DNA of 64,000 nucleotides from Candidatus Spongiisociaceae bacterium (GTDB taxonomy: Bacteria > Actinomycetota > Acidimicrobiia > Spongiisociales > Spongiisociaceae): positions 1,504,001 through 1,568,000 of the forward strand of contig CBDCOH010000002.1 in NCBI GenBank assembly GCA_965219685.1, given 5' to 3'. Positions 1 through 9,866 of this stretch are shown here, piece after piece. How positions within the stretch are numbered: the stretch's first letter is position 1; every line of letters starts with the position of its first letter. Made by a program: the position numbers and the translations under genes. Below the pieces are notes generated by a model, which had not been told where the DNA came from, did not search any database, and saw nothing but the letters and a program-made list of their open reading frames with translations.

Positions 1-427
1 CGCCTGCGGATGCACCCAGTTCCCCGACCGCGTACGCGACGAGGGGGGTCGGAACGGGTCCGGGCCAGAATCGGACTGCGATGCCCGCCGCGACGAGCAC
101 ACCGACCGTATCGGCCATGAATCGAAGGCTGGAGGTCCGGGCGTCCCGTCCCACCACGACAGGGCCTGGCAGGGAACCGGAGTGGCGCTCCAGCAGGAAG
201 TCCGCCAGCCCACGGGTGGTCCTTATCACCGAGGCGCGGTTCATACGGTTGGACCCCGCCTCCACCATGCCGCGAATCCCGGCCGTGCCGAATGTCAGTG
301 TCCCGTCCATGCGCTCCGCCAACTCGGCCGACTCACCTGACTCGAGAAGCGACTCGAGTTCCTCCCGGGTGGAAGGGTCGGGGTCGGCAGCGATCCAAGC
401 ACGGGTCCGTTGCAAGAGGTCGTTCAT
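1..427 (-). CDS. Phosphoglucomutase/phosphomannomutase family protein, 5' part (runs off window)
   Basis: Manual translation from ATG 427: MNDLLQRTRAWIAADPDPSTREEL...LTFGTAGIRG...GSNRMN...VVVGRDAR...PVPTPLVAYAV, the typical phosphohexomutase N-terminus. Confidence 0.85.
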   Translation of the reverse strand, partial: MNDLLQRTRAWIAADPDPSTREELESLLESGESAELAERMDGTLTFGTAGIRGMVEAGSNRMNRASVIRTTRGLADFLLERHSGSLPGPVVVGRDARTSSLRFMADTVGVLVAAGIAVRFWPGPVPTPLVAYAVGELGASAG

Positions 428-430
428 GGT

Positions 431-466
431 TGATTGGTGAATGGTGAATGGTGAGTAGTGAATGGT
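431..466. repeat. Heptamer tandem tract (GGTGAAT/GGTGAGT/AGTGAAT), ~5 units
   Basis: tgattggtgaatggtgaatggtgagtagtgaatggt, abutting the pgm start codon. Confidence 0.9.
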
Positions 467-476
467 AGCCGTCCAC

Positions 477-506
477 TGTCAGGCGCCGGGTTGTCAGGTG
501 CCGGGT
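477..506. repeat. 15-bp direct repeat x2 (TGTCAGGYGCCGGGT)
   Basis: tgtcaggcgccgggt at 477-491 and tgtcaggtgccgggt at 492-506, between the two heptamer arms. Confidence 0.85.
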
Positions 507-513
507 TCCAACC

Positions 514-545
514 CCAGTCACCACTCACCAGTCACCACTCACCAC
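514..545. repeat. Heptamer tract (CAGTCAC/CACTCAC), ~4.5 units, inverted relative to 431-466
   Basis: ccagtcaccactcaccagtcaccactcaccac, abutting the stop codon of CDS 549-1754. Confidence 0.9.
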
Positions 546-548
546 CCC

Positions 549-1754
549 CTAGTCGGGTCGGCTCCGGATTGCGTAGACCTTGTAGTCGTGACGGTATGTG
601 CGATGCGAATCGTCTATCTCCGTCCAACCCGCCACGCCTCGCTGGCGGCACTCGGCCGTCCAGGTCACCTGTAGCGTGATCGGGTAACCCGCCCGGTACC
701 CGCTCCGGAGCGAGGACCTGCGGTAGACAGCCTCCTCGCCGTCGACGCTCACCGCCGCCGTTCCTCTCAGCAACCGGACGTCCCTGTACCGGGGTGCGTA
801 CCTGTGGAAGGCACGGCGTCCCAGTTCGACTCCGTCGAGCGTGGCCAGGTCCGTGAAGTACCAGGAGACGCGGCTGACCCACATCCTCACGTACACCCGC
901 TCGGATCCGACCCTGACCGTGAAGGAAGCCCTCGAGTCCGCCGTGTAGGAGGTCTCCATGGGGACACCTACGTAACCGTGCGCTGCCGGCCGCAGCCCCA
1001 GTCCCGGTGACGACTGATCCTCCAGCGCCTCGTCCAGGGCCTCGTAAGTCTCGGGCTCGTAGCACGCCCAGGGGTCGCCGGACTCGGTGGTCGGAGGAGC
1101 GGCGGTGGTCGGCGGCCTGGTGACGACCGGGGGACTCGTAGTCGAGGACGACTCCTCGGTGGTAGTCGGGTCGGTGGTCGATTTGGGGCAGTCGGGAGGG
1201 TGGGCGTCGTCGTCGCCGGAACAGTGGTCGTGAGGAGTGGTGACCCAGGTGCCGCAGTTGTTCGGGCTCGTGTCTGCCGGAAGATCGGGATCGCCTTCGC
1301 AGACCGGGTAGGTGGGACCCGTCCGGTCCTCGTGCTTACCCAGATACGTGAACTTTATGTCCAGGTCGTCGCCATGCGGATCGTGCCCACCTGCCTGGCC
1401 GATACCACAACTGTTGATCCTGCTCGGGTCGGGAGGCCGGATCTCCGAACCGCACGGCTTCCATTCCGGTCCGTCCTGCGACCAGCGAAGGCACCCCACC
1501 TGCTGTAGGTCGGGGATGTAACCCTTCTGCACGCATACCCATCGCATCCAGTAGTTCCAGTGGCGCTCCCAGTCCCATGTGGTGGCGGTGCGTCCCGGGT
1601 TCCAGGACGACGAGGGCGGGTCCGCACCACCCGGCTCCGACGCCCAGAGAGCCGCTAGGACCAGTAAACATCCAACCGCCAGCCATCCGACGGTCCCCGC
1701 GATCCGTTGCGGGCATGGCCGTACTGAATCACTGCCCGCGCCCGGCATCGTCAT
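549..1754 (-). CDS. Secreted hypothetical protein: Cys/Trp-rich N-domain, Thr/Pro linker, beta-rich (PKD/Ig-like) C-domain
   Basis: 401 aa; hydrophobic signal-like segment; ~10 Cys; TTTEESSSTT linker; C-terminal GLRPAAHGYVGVP...YPITLQVTWTA; ATGA overlap with upstream gene. Confidence 0.6.
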   Translation of the reverse strand: MTMPGAGSDSVRPCPQRIAGTVGWLAVGCLLVLAALWASEPGGADPPSSSWNPGRTATTWDWERHWNYWMRWVCVQKGYIPDLQQVGCLRWSQDGPEWKPCGSEIRPPDPSRINSCGIGQAGGHDPHGDDLDIKFTYLGKHEDRTGPTYPVCEGDPDLPADTSPNNCGTWVTTPHDHCSGDDDAHPPDCPKSTTDPTTTEESSSTTSPPVVTRPPTTAAPPTTESGDPWACYEPETYEALDEALEDQSSPGLGLRPAAHGYVGVPMETSYTADSRASFTVRVGSERVYVRMWVSRVSWYFTDLATLDGVELGRRAFHRYAPRYRDVRLLRGTAAVSVDGEEAVYRRSSLRSGYRAGYPITLQVTWTAECRQRGVAGWTEIDDSHRTYRHDYKVYAIRSRPD

Positions 1755-2902
1755 GGGCGGGGGTCCGGTATGGCGTCGGGATACTCGTCCTCGTTGATCT
1801 CGGGGTTCGGGTCAGGGGGGCACCGGAAGTCGAACTCGAAGACCTCCAGGTAACCGTTCGCGATCCGGCAGTAGCCCTCCCGGTAGGAGAGCTTCCAGTC
1901 ACCATCGATCTGGACGAGGGTGACGGTTGTCCATGGAGCGAGCCGCAGATCCGGATGCCGGAATCTGAACTGGGCCGCGATCACCGCCCGGTCGAAGTGC
2001 GGACCGCCATGCCAACGGATGTCGTTGAATTGGATCTCCCACTCTGCTCGAATCTCGGGGTGAAACACACCGCCGCCGATCTGCAGTCCTATCTCCCGAA
2101 GGGCTGCGAATACCTCATCGAGCAGGTGGCTGTTGCGGATGGCGGAACGGCGCTGCTCGTCGGTGCCGAGCCAGGCCCACCGCATGACCCGCTTCACCTC
2201 CGCCAGGGTGCAGGGATCCTCTACGGGATGACCGTCCCATTTCCAGACCTCCTCCACCGACGCGCAGCGCTGCAGTGATTCCGCCCGAGTCGTAGGTGGG
2301 GACGTCGTCGTCGTGACGGTGGACGAGGACGACGTCGTCGCGGCGAGGGTGGTCGAGGACGATGTCGTTGGGGCGAGGGTGGTCGAGGACGAGGGTGCGG
2401 GCGCCCGGGTGGTCGACAACGACGTAGCCGGCCTGGTCGTGGTCGAGGACGAGGTTGTCTGCTCGGCGGCTGCCGTCGAAGAAGGGTCCGTTGACGACGG
2501 AGAGGGTGTAGAGGCTCCGGTCGTCGACGGCGACCCGGTGGTCTCCGGGAGGCCTTCGGTCAGCGGCGGTCCGGTCGTGGTCGGCTGCGACGTGGACACC
2601 GGCACACTCGGCTCGGACGCCCTGGTGGACGTGGAACCGCCCGCCGTGGCGGCGACCGCGGTGGAACCGGTCGCGACCGAGTCGGCAACGGAATCGCCGG
2701 CGGGAGGAGTAGTCGAAGTGGTGGACGGTGCAGGCTCCGCGGCGGCTGTCGGGGTCACGGCCGCTTCGGTGGTGACATTTGGAACCGGCGCGGCGGTCTC
2801 GGGGGACTCCTGCGTGTGCTCTGCCCGCAGGAGCAGGATCGCGGCCACCACGATGCCTGCCAAAGCAACTGCGATCAGGGCTTTCTCGACTGGACGGGCC
2901 AT
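1751..2902 (-). CDS. Membrane-anchored Ser/Thr-rich hypothetical protein with small C-terminal domain
   Basis: 383 aa; N-terminal TM helix; ~170 aa S/T/P/A low-complexity stalk; C-terminal VTLVQIDGDWKL motif (NTF2-like end). Confidence 0.6.
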   Translation of the reverse strand: MARPVEKALIAVALAGIVVAAILLLRAEHTQESPETAAPVPNVTTEAAVTPTAAAEPAPSTTSTTPPAGDSVADSVATGSTAVAATAGGSTSTRASEPSVPVSTSQPTTTGPPLTEGLPETTGSPSTTGASTPSPSSTDPSSTAAAEQTTSSSTTTRPATSLSTTRAPAPSSSTTLAPTTSSSTTLAATTSSSSTVTTTTSPPTTRAESLQRCASVEEVWKWDGHPVEDPCTLAEVKRVMRWAWLGTDEQRRSAIRNSHLLDEVFAALREIGLQIGGGVFHPEIRAEWEIQFNDIRWHGGPHFDRAVIAAQFRFRHPDLRLAPWTTVTLVQIDGDWKLSYREGYCRIANGYLEVFEFDFRCPPDPNPEINEDEYPDAIPDPRP

Positions 2903-3127
2903 CTTCCAACCTCTCGGGAACGGGTCGACGGAAGGCGTTCCCCGATCAGGTTATGGGTTCCCGCACACCTATCGAGTGTTAACTAACAATTACTTATCGC
3001 GATCTCACCCAAAGGACAACACAACGAATCGAATCGCAGGTGCGGGTCCATCGGCTCTCCGGCAACGGCAAGGCGAGAACAGAGAAGGAGGCTCAGGGTT
3101 CGCCGGTGGAAGACCGGCCGGTCCCCA

Positions 3128-4420
3128 CTACCAGAACCGCTCCGGCGACAGGGGTCCGGCGTCCAGGTCGGTAGGTAGTCCGCACAGCATCTGGGCGACC
3201 AGCCGGCCCGTGACAGGCCCGAGTGACAGACCGACCTTCCCATGACCGGTCGCGTAGGTGACGTTTTCCCAACGGCGCGCGGGGCCCACGATGGGGATCC
3301 CGTCAGGAGTCACCGGCCGGATGCCTGCCCAACGCTCCCGCACCGTCAGATCGGCGTCGAGGTTGACCCTGGCCCGGACGTTGGCCTCGACTTGTTCCAA
3401 ACGGCGGAGCGACGGCCTGGTGTCGAGGCGTCCCAACTCGAGCCACCCGCTCATTCTCATCCTGTCGCCCATAGGGTTGACCGCCACCCATCGGTCACCG
3501 ATCAGGAGGTTCAGACGAGGGCCGGTGCGAGGTCTGTCCACCGTCATGCTGTAACCCTTTCCGGGCTGCACGGGGATGGATTCTCCCAGGAGCGCTGAGA
3601 TCCCCTTCGTCCAGGCGCCGGCTGCGAGGACCACCTGGTCGGCCACCAGGGTGCCTCTCGAGGTTGTCAACTCGACGACCTTGCGTCCCGAGGTGCGGAA
3701 TTCCAAAAGTTCGGTGTGAGAAGCCAGACCCACGCCACGACCGGCGATGACCGCGGCCAGGCCCGCCAGGAACCCGGCGGGGTCGAGGCCGCCATCGTCC
3801 ACGCACAGGAAGCCCCCGATCACTTCATCGTTGAGCGACGGTTCGACTTCCCGGATCTTGGCGCGGTCATACATCTCGATCTGCACGCCGTAACGCTGCA
3901 TCTCCGCCGCCTCGTGCTTGGCAGCCTCGAACACCCGAGGGTCACCGTAGACATGGAGAAGCCCTTCGGGCCGGTAGCCGCACTCGATCCCCTCCTTCGT
4001 GATCAACTCCACCGCCAACTCCGCGCTCAGAAAACCGAGGGCAGCCAACGTGACCGCACCCCGGTGAGCAGCATCCCGGGTGCAGTTGAGCGCGAACCGC
4101 AGGATCCATCTCAGGTAATCGAGATCGAGACTCGGCCGGGCGGTCACCGGTCCAGTCCGGCGGAGGATCCCCTTTGTCACACCGGGCATGACTCCCGGCG
4201 CCGCCATCGGGATCACGTGGCTGGGAACGATGAAACCGGCATTGCCCACCGCGCTTCCACGCGCTACGGGACCCTTGTCGATAACAACCACCTCGCGGCC
4301 CATTTGCACAAGTTCGTAGGCGACGCACAGCCCGATGACGCCGCCCCCGATCACCGCAACGTCGGTCTCACCCGGGACGCAAGGCGTGGGGTCGGTGGGA
4401 GCAACTGATTCCCGAGGCAA
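3128..4420 (-). CDS. FAD-dependent D-amino-acid dehydrogenase (DadA-like)
   Basis: GGGVIG Rossmann motif, SAVGNAG, PGKGYS, WAGIRPVTPDG, ATGHGKVGLSLGP. Confidence 0.85.
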   Translation of the reverse strand: MPRESVAPTDPTPCVPGETDVAVIGGGVIGLCVAYELVQMGREVVVIDKGPVARGSAVGNAGFIVPSHVIPMAAPGVMPGVTKGILRRTGPVTARPSLDLDYLRWILRFALNCTRDAAHRGAVTLAALGFLSAELAVELITKEGIECGYRPEGLLHVYGDPRVFEAAKHEAAEMQRYGVQIEMYDRAKIREVEPSLNDEVIGGFLCVDDGGLDPAGFLAGLAAVIAGRGVGLASHTELLEFRTSGRKVVELTTSRGTLVADQVVLAAGAWTKGISALLGESIPVQPGKGYSMTVDRPRTGPRLNLLIGDRWVAVNPMGDRMRMSGWLELGRLDTRPSLRRLEQVEANVRARVNLDADLTVRERWAGIRPVTPDGIPIVGPARRWENVTYATGHGKVGLSLGPVTGRLVAQMLCGLPTDLDAGPLSPERFW

Positions 4421-4495
4421 AATGGACCTTTCTCGAGTTCCGTCGTCGTGGTCATGGAGTGGCGAGTGCCATCACGATACCGGAGATCTAGCAGG

Positions 4496-4544
4496 TGGTT
4501 ACTAGTCGTTAGTTTTTAGTTGTTAGTTACTAGTTGTTAGTTAC
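4496..4544. repeat. AT-rich heptamer tract (TAGTTGT/TAGTTAC), 7 units
   Basis: tggttac tagtcgt tagtttt tagttgt tagttac tagttgt tagttac in exact 7-bp phase. Confidence 0.9.
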
Positions 4545-4576
4545 AATGGACAATACGGATGTCTAACAAATGACGC

Positions 4577-5275
4577 CTAATGCCGTGCCCGGCGGTAGGC
4601 AACCAGATCCGAGCCGGCGAAGACCAGGATGAGCACTGCCCCCAGGATCAGACCCCTCTGCCAGAACCACACGGCCGCTGCCACTCCCACGATCAGACCG
4701 ATAATGCGGGCGTGCAGATCGCCGCTGGGACCAAGAATCCTGATGAGGACGACCCGCAGCATCTTCGATCCGTCAAGACCCCCTACAGGCAGCCAGTTGA
4801 CCAACCCCCACACGACGGATACCCAGATGAACGCCCCCACGACGAAGGTCAGGTACTCGCCGTGCAGGTCCGCAAGCCGGAGATGAACACGCCAGGGGGC
4901 GTCGATGATCACCCTCGCCGCCTCGCCCATCCCACCGGCCCGGACGAACAGGTAGAGCCCCAGGCCTGCGAAGAGACCGACCCCGGAACCGGCGGCGGCC
5001 ACGACGAAGTGCTTCCAGGGACGCAGCCGCCGGGCGCTCTCCCGCCAGACCGTTGCGCCTCCGAGCGCATAGATGGTGATGCCTTCTACGTGACCGCCGA
5101 ACCGGCGCACCGTGGCGGCATGGCCCAACTCGTGCAGTATGACCGAGATCAGGATTGCGAGCGCCCATAGCACGACCGCCACGCCGCTGAGCCCCGAATC
5201 GATGAACAGGACGAGGAGGAGCAGGAAGCTGAAGTGGATCCCGGTCGGGAATCCGAACAGCCTGAAACGAAGCAC
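4577..5275 (-). CDS. Site-2 protease family (peptidase M50) membrane metalloprotease
   Basis: HELGH zinc motif in a TM helix and NWLPVGGLDG motif. Confidence 0.85.
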   Translation of the reverse strand: MLRFRLFGFPTGIHFSFLLLLVLFIDSGLSGVAVVLWALAILISVILHELGHAATVRRFGGHVEGITIYALGGATVWRESARRLRPWKHFVVAAAGSGVGLFAGLGLYLFVRAGGMGEAARVIIDAPWRVHLRLADLHGEYLTFVVGAFIWVSVVWGLVNWLPVGGLDGSKMLRVVLIRILGPSGDLHARIIGLIVGVAAAVWFWQRGLILGAVLILVFAGSDLVAYRRARH

Positions 5276-5285
5276 CGGACCAGGG

Positions 5286-5432
5286 TAGTGAGTGGTGAGT
5301 GGTGAATGGTGAATGGTGAATGGTGAGTTAGTGAATGGTGAATGGTGAATGGTGAGTTAGTGAATGGTGAATGGTGAGTAGTGAATGGTGAATGGTGAAT
5401 AGTGAATGGTGAATGGTGAATAGTGAATGGTG
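5286..5432. repeat. Long heptamer tract (GGTGAAT and variants), ~20 units
   Basis: gtgaatg repeated with gtgagtg, gtgaata and two 8-nt gtgagtta variants; fills most of the intergenic space. Confidence 0.95.
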
Positions 5433-5455
5433 CCTAGGTGAGTTACACGTAACCC

Positions 5456-6478
5456 TTAGGACCTGACACCCAACTGTTCCAGGGCGTGATCGGCGAGGCG
5501 TTCCACCGAACGGGCTAGTTCACCCAGGTCGACCTCTGCGATGTTGGCCATCGCTCCGTGGAGGTAGCGGGCGTATACACCTTCGAGGATGGCCGCCAAG
5601 CGCCACGCCTGGAACGCCTCGTGGTAGCGAATGCGAGAAACGTCAGCCCCGGTGAGACGCATGTACATGGCCACCATCTCGTCGCGGCGCGGGAATCCCC
5701 CCGCCTGGATGGCAGAGGAGCGCCACAACGACGGTTCGTCGGGACCGATCCAATCGAGCGCCAGATAGCCGAGATCGGCGAGGGGATCGCCCAGGGTGCA
5801 GAGTTCCCAGTCCACGACCGCGCGCACTCTCCCGCCATCCACGATCAAGTTGCCGAGGCGGTAATCGCCGTGGACCACGGAGGCGCGTTCCTGGCGAGGC
5901 ACACGTTCCTCGAGAAGAGCCCGCACACTATCCATTGCAGGCAGGTCGCGTTGTTTCGAAGCTTCGAGCTGGCGGGCCCATCGATACAGCTGACGCTGGA
6001 GATATCCCTCTCGGCGGCCCAGATTCCCGAGTCCGATCTCGTCTGGATCCAGCAGGTGGAGGTTCGCCAACACCTTCACGGCCGACTTCGCGACAGACCG
6101 GCGCTCGTCCGGAGGGATGAGGCCCCCCGCGTCACGATCGTGCAGCACGACGCCGTCGACGAACCCCATCACGTAGAACGGCGCCTCGTTCACTCCCGGA
6201 TCGGAGCACAGCCCCAGCGCGGGAGGGACCGGCACCCGCGATCCCTGGAGGGCGGAGATCAGCCGGTACTCCCTGGCCATGTCATGGGCGCTCTCCAAGA
6301 TGTGCCCCATCGGCGGTCTCCTCAGGGCGAACTCCCGCCCATCGCTGCCGCGTACCCTGTAGGTGAGGTTGGAGTTGCCACCCGGGATAGGCCGGAAGAC
6401 GAAGGGCGGCTCAGCACCCTCCACATTGGCTGACATCCATGCGCTGACGGATCGTTCGTCGATACCTGCTACAGACAT
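5456..6478 (-). CDS. Aminoglycoside-phosphotransferase-like (APH/ACAD10-11 N-terminal type) kinase
   Basis: GGNSNLTY, LRRPP, SAHDMAREY, HGDYRLGN, DWELCTLGDPLADL. Confidence 0.85.
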   Translation of the reverse strand: MSVAGIDERSVSAWMSANVEGAEPPFVFRPIPGGNSNLTYRVRGSDGREFALRRPPMGHILESAHDMAREYRLISALQGSRVPVPPALGLCSDPGVNEAPFYVMGFVDGVVLHDRDAGGLIPPDERRSVAKSAVKVLANLHLLDPDEIGLGNLGRREGYLQRQLYRWARQLEASKQRDLPAMDSVRALLEERVPRQERASVVHGDYRLGNLIVDGGRVRAVVDWELCTLGDPLADLGYLALDWIGPDEPSLWRSSAIQAGGFPRRDEMVAMYMRLTGADVSRIRYHEAFQAWRLAAILEGVYARYLHGAMANIAEVDLGELARSVERLADHALEQLGVRS

Positions 6479-6527
6479 GAGTCTCCGGCGTCGCACGCCG
6501 TGACAGAAGATGGAACATGACCCGATC

Positions 6528-6589
6528 TAATGTTAACCACTGATCACCAACTAACAACTATAGACTACCGACTAGGAACTAGTCATCTA
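6528..6589. repeat. 62-bp AT-rich dispersed element, copy 1
   Basis: 51/62 ungapped identity (hand alignment) to 45473-45534; ends in the CTA that is the TAG stop of CDS 6587-7246. Confidence 0.85.
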
Positions 6590-7246
6590 GGTAACGCTCC
6601 GGGTTGCGTGCGGCGGGGAGGCCACGACCGTTATCGGTCCACGGTCGAGTCTTCGTAGGAAGAACTGGACGAGGGGACCGATCAACACCGCGAACACAAC
6701 AGTACCGATCCCGACCGCACCGCCCATCAGCCATCCTGCCAGAAGGACCGTGCCCTCGATGATGGTCCGCGCCATGCGGATCGAGAGTCCTCGGGCGGCC
6801 AGGCCGGTCATCACACCGTCCCTGGGACCCGGCCCGAGGCGCGCCCCTATGTAGAGCCCCGAACCGAGACCGATAAGCCCTACCGACCCCAGCAGGTAGA
6901 CCCAGCCCATCAGGGTGGATCCGGTCTCGGCAACGAGCCGGAGGGTGATGTCGATGGTGAGCCCTACGAGAACGGCATTGAGTACGGTCCCCACGCCCAC
7001 ACGCTGCCTCAACGGGATCCACGCCAGGAGAACCAACCCGCTGACCAGGATTGTCACAGTGCCGATGGAGAACGGCACGTGGATGGAGACCCCCTGATGG
7101 AAGGCATCCCACGGCGACAACCCCAGGCCCGAACGGAGCTTCAGGGCTATCCCGGCCCCGAACAGGACGAGCCCGAGCAGCAGGCCGGGAACACGAGCCA
7201 GGACCGCACGACCATATGGAGAGGAGAGGCGGCCCGGAAGCGACAC
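6587..7246 (-). CDS. YczE/YyaS/YitT family membrane protein
   Basis: GLGLSPWDAFHQG, GVGTVLNA, GPGPRDGVMTGL, GIGTVVFA motifs; multiple TM helices. Confidence 0.85.
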   Translation of the reverse strand: MSLPGRLSSPYGRAVLARVPGLLLGLVLFGAGIALKLRSGLGLSPWDAFHQGVSIHVPFSIGTVTILVSGLVLLAWIPLRQRVGVGTVLNAVLVGLTIDITLRLVAETGSTLMGWVYLLGSVGLIGLGSGLYIGARLGPGPRDGVMTGLAARGLSIRMARTIIEGTVLLAGWLMGGAVGIGTVVFAVLIGPLVQFFLRRLDRGPITVVASPPHATRSVT

Positions 7247-7253
7247 GGGCCGC

Positions 7254-8269
<1,016 letters not shown>

Positions 8270-8273
<4 letters not shown>

Positions 8274-9280
8274 ACCAGCACCCCCTGCCGCCGGTAATGG
8301 CCCAGCAACTCGACGATGCGCGCTGCGTAGCCCCAACCGGTATCGAACCAGACGACCGCTTTGAGCAGGTTGCCGCCGATCATCATCGTCGCCCCGGTGT
8401 CGAAGATTCCGGAGTAGGTGGAACCGCGAACGTCGCTGGACACGATCGGATCGTCGGTGTATCCGAACACGTCCGGGTAGCCGGTCGTGCAGGCCTTGCG
8501 CACCACCTCGTTCACCTGCTCGACGGTGGCAGGGGTTCGCAATCGGGTCACTACGTCTACGGTCGATCCGTCGTCCACCGGAACGTTGAGGGCCTTGGAC
8601 GAGAGTCGGCCGGCCAGGTGCGGGAACACCCCCAGCAGGATCTCGGCCGAGCTGCTGCTCGCAGGGATGATGTTCTCCCCAGCCGCACGGCTGGTACGGA
8701 AGCCCCCCGCCGGAACGTCTCCGAGACGGGCCCGGTTCGTATAGGCGTGAACCGTGGTGAAGAACATCCGGTCGATCCCGAAGTAGCGATCGAGCGTCTC
8801 GACCAGCGGCGCCATGGCGTTGGAGGTATTCGACCCCATTGCCACCACCGGGGGGTCATACTCCAGGATCCCGTCGGTAACGCCGCTCAGAAGGAGCGGG
8901 AGGTCGCCCGGTTGCTCCGTCGTCGACACCAGGATGACCCTCCGGGCGCCCGCCTCCAGATGCCGGGAGCACCACTGCGAGCTCCGGTACTTGCCGGTGG
9001 CCTGGACCACGATCTCCACACCGAGTGCTCCCCAGTCCAAGTCACCGGGCTCGGTGGCCTGGATCAGCGGAATCCGGCGCTCGCCAACCACCAGCACGTC
9101 GCCATCGAGCGAGACCGGCTCCGGGAGAGGCCCGTAGATCGAGTCGTACTTGAGCAGGTACGCCAGGGCCTCACGGTCAGCGATGTCGACGATGGCCCGG
9201 ACGCTCGTCCCGCCGTCGGCGGCGAGTTGGCGGAAGATGTTGCGGCCGATCCGGCCGAAGCCCATCAGACCGATTGACAA
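8270..9280 (-). CDS. GAPDH-like paralogue lacking the catalytic cysteine
   Basis: GFGRIGR, YLLKYDSIYG, VHAYT, RAAGENIIP, PIVSSD are present, but MGSNTSNAMAP replaces NASCTTNCLAP. Confidence 0.85.
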
Positions 9281-9516
9281 GGGTGTACCCCCGCTCTGAC
9301 CGGACCAATGAGTCTAGACAACGACCGGGTTCCAATCGCCGTAGCGATACCGGACGCCGGGCGTTAGCACGTCTCCAAGATGTAGCCGGAACGTAGCTAA
9401 CACTGGTACCCTCCGGATCGAGCGGCCGAGCGCCGGGAGCAATCCGATTGATTGTGGTTCCCTCCCGCCTGCGGTCATAATGGAGACCAACCAGGAGCCG
9501 AAGGAGTCAGGGGAAG

Positions 9517-9834
9517 ATGGCCGGCTACAAGATGATGGTTTGGATCGATCAAGACTTGTGCACCGGTGATGGCATCTGTGAGGAGATCGCGCCAGACGTG
9601 TTCGAAGGACGCGACGACGGACTGTGGGTGGTGAAAGAGGAGGCCAGACACTTCGGTTCCAGCATGGTCTTCGACGACGGCGCCGGGGACGGCCACGGGC
9701 CGGAGGGGTCCCGCGGGGTGGCCAGAGTGCCCGACAACCTCATGGAGGACGTCATCGAATCAGCGGAGGAGTGCCCGGGCGAGTGCATCATGATCGAGCC
9801 CTACAACCCTGCACTCGTCGCGGAGGGCCGCTGA
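9517..9834 (+). CDS. Single-cluster ferredoxin ([3Fe-4S]/[4Fe-4S])
   Basis: CTGDGIC...CPGECI cluster motif in a small acidic protein. Confidence 0.85.
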   Translation: MAGYKMMVWIDQDLCTGDGICEEIAPDVFEGRDDGLWVVKEEARHFGSSMVFDDGAGDGHGPEGSRGVARVPDNLMEDVIESAEECPGECIMIEPYNPALVAEGR

Positions 9835-9866
9835 CCCTTCCCTGCGGCACGCCGTCGCAGTTCGAT

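Noticed and set aside
5286-5432. Repeat tracts as a CRISPR array
   Set aside because: Units are 7 bp and directly tandem, with no 25-45-bp repeats, no unique spacers and no cas genes in the window.
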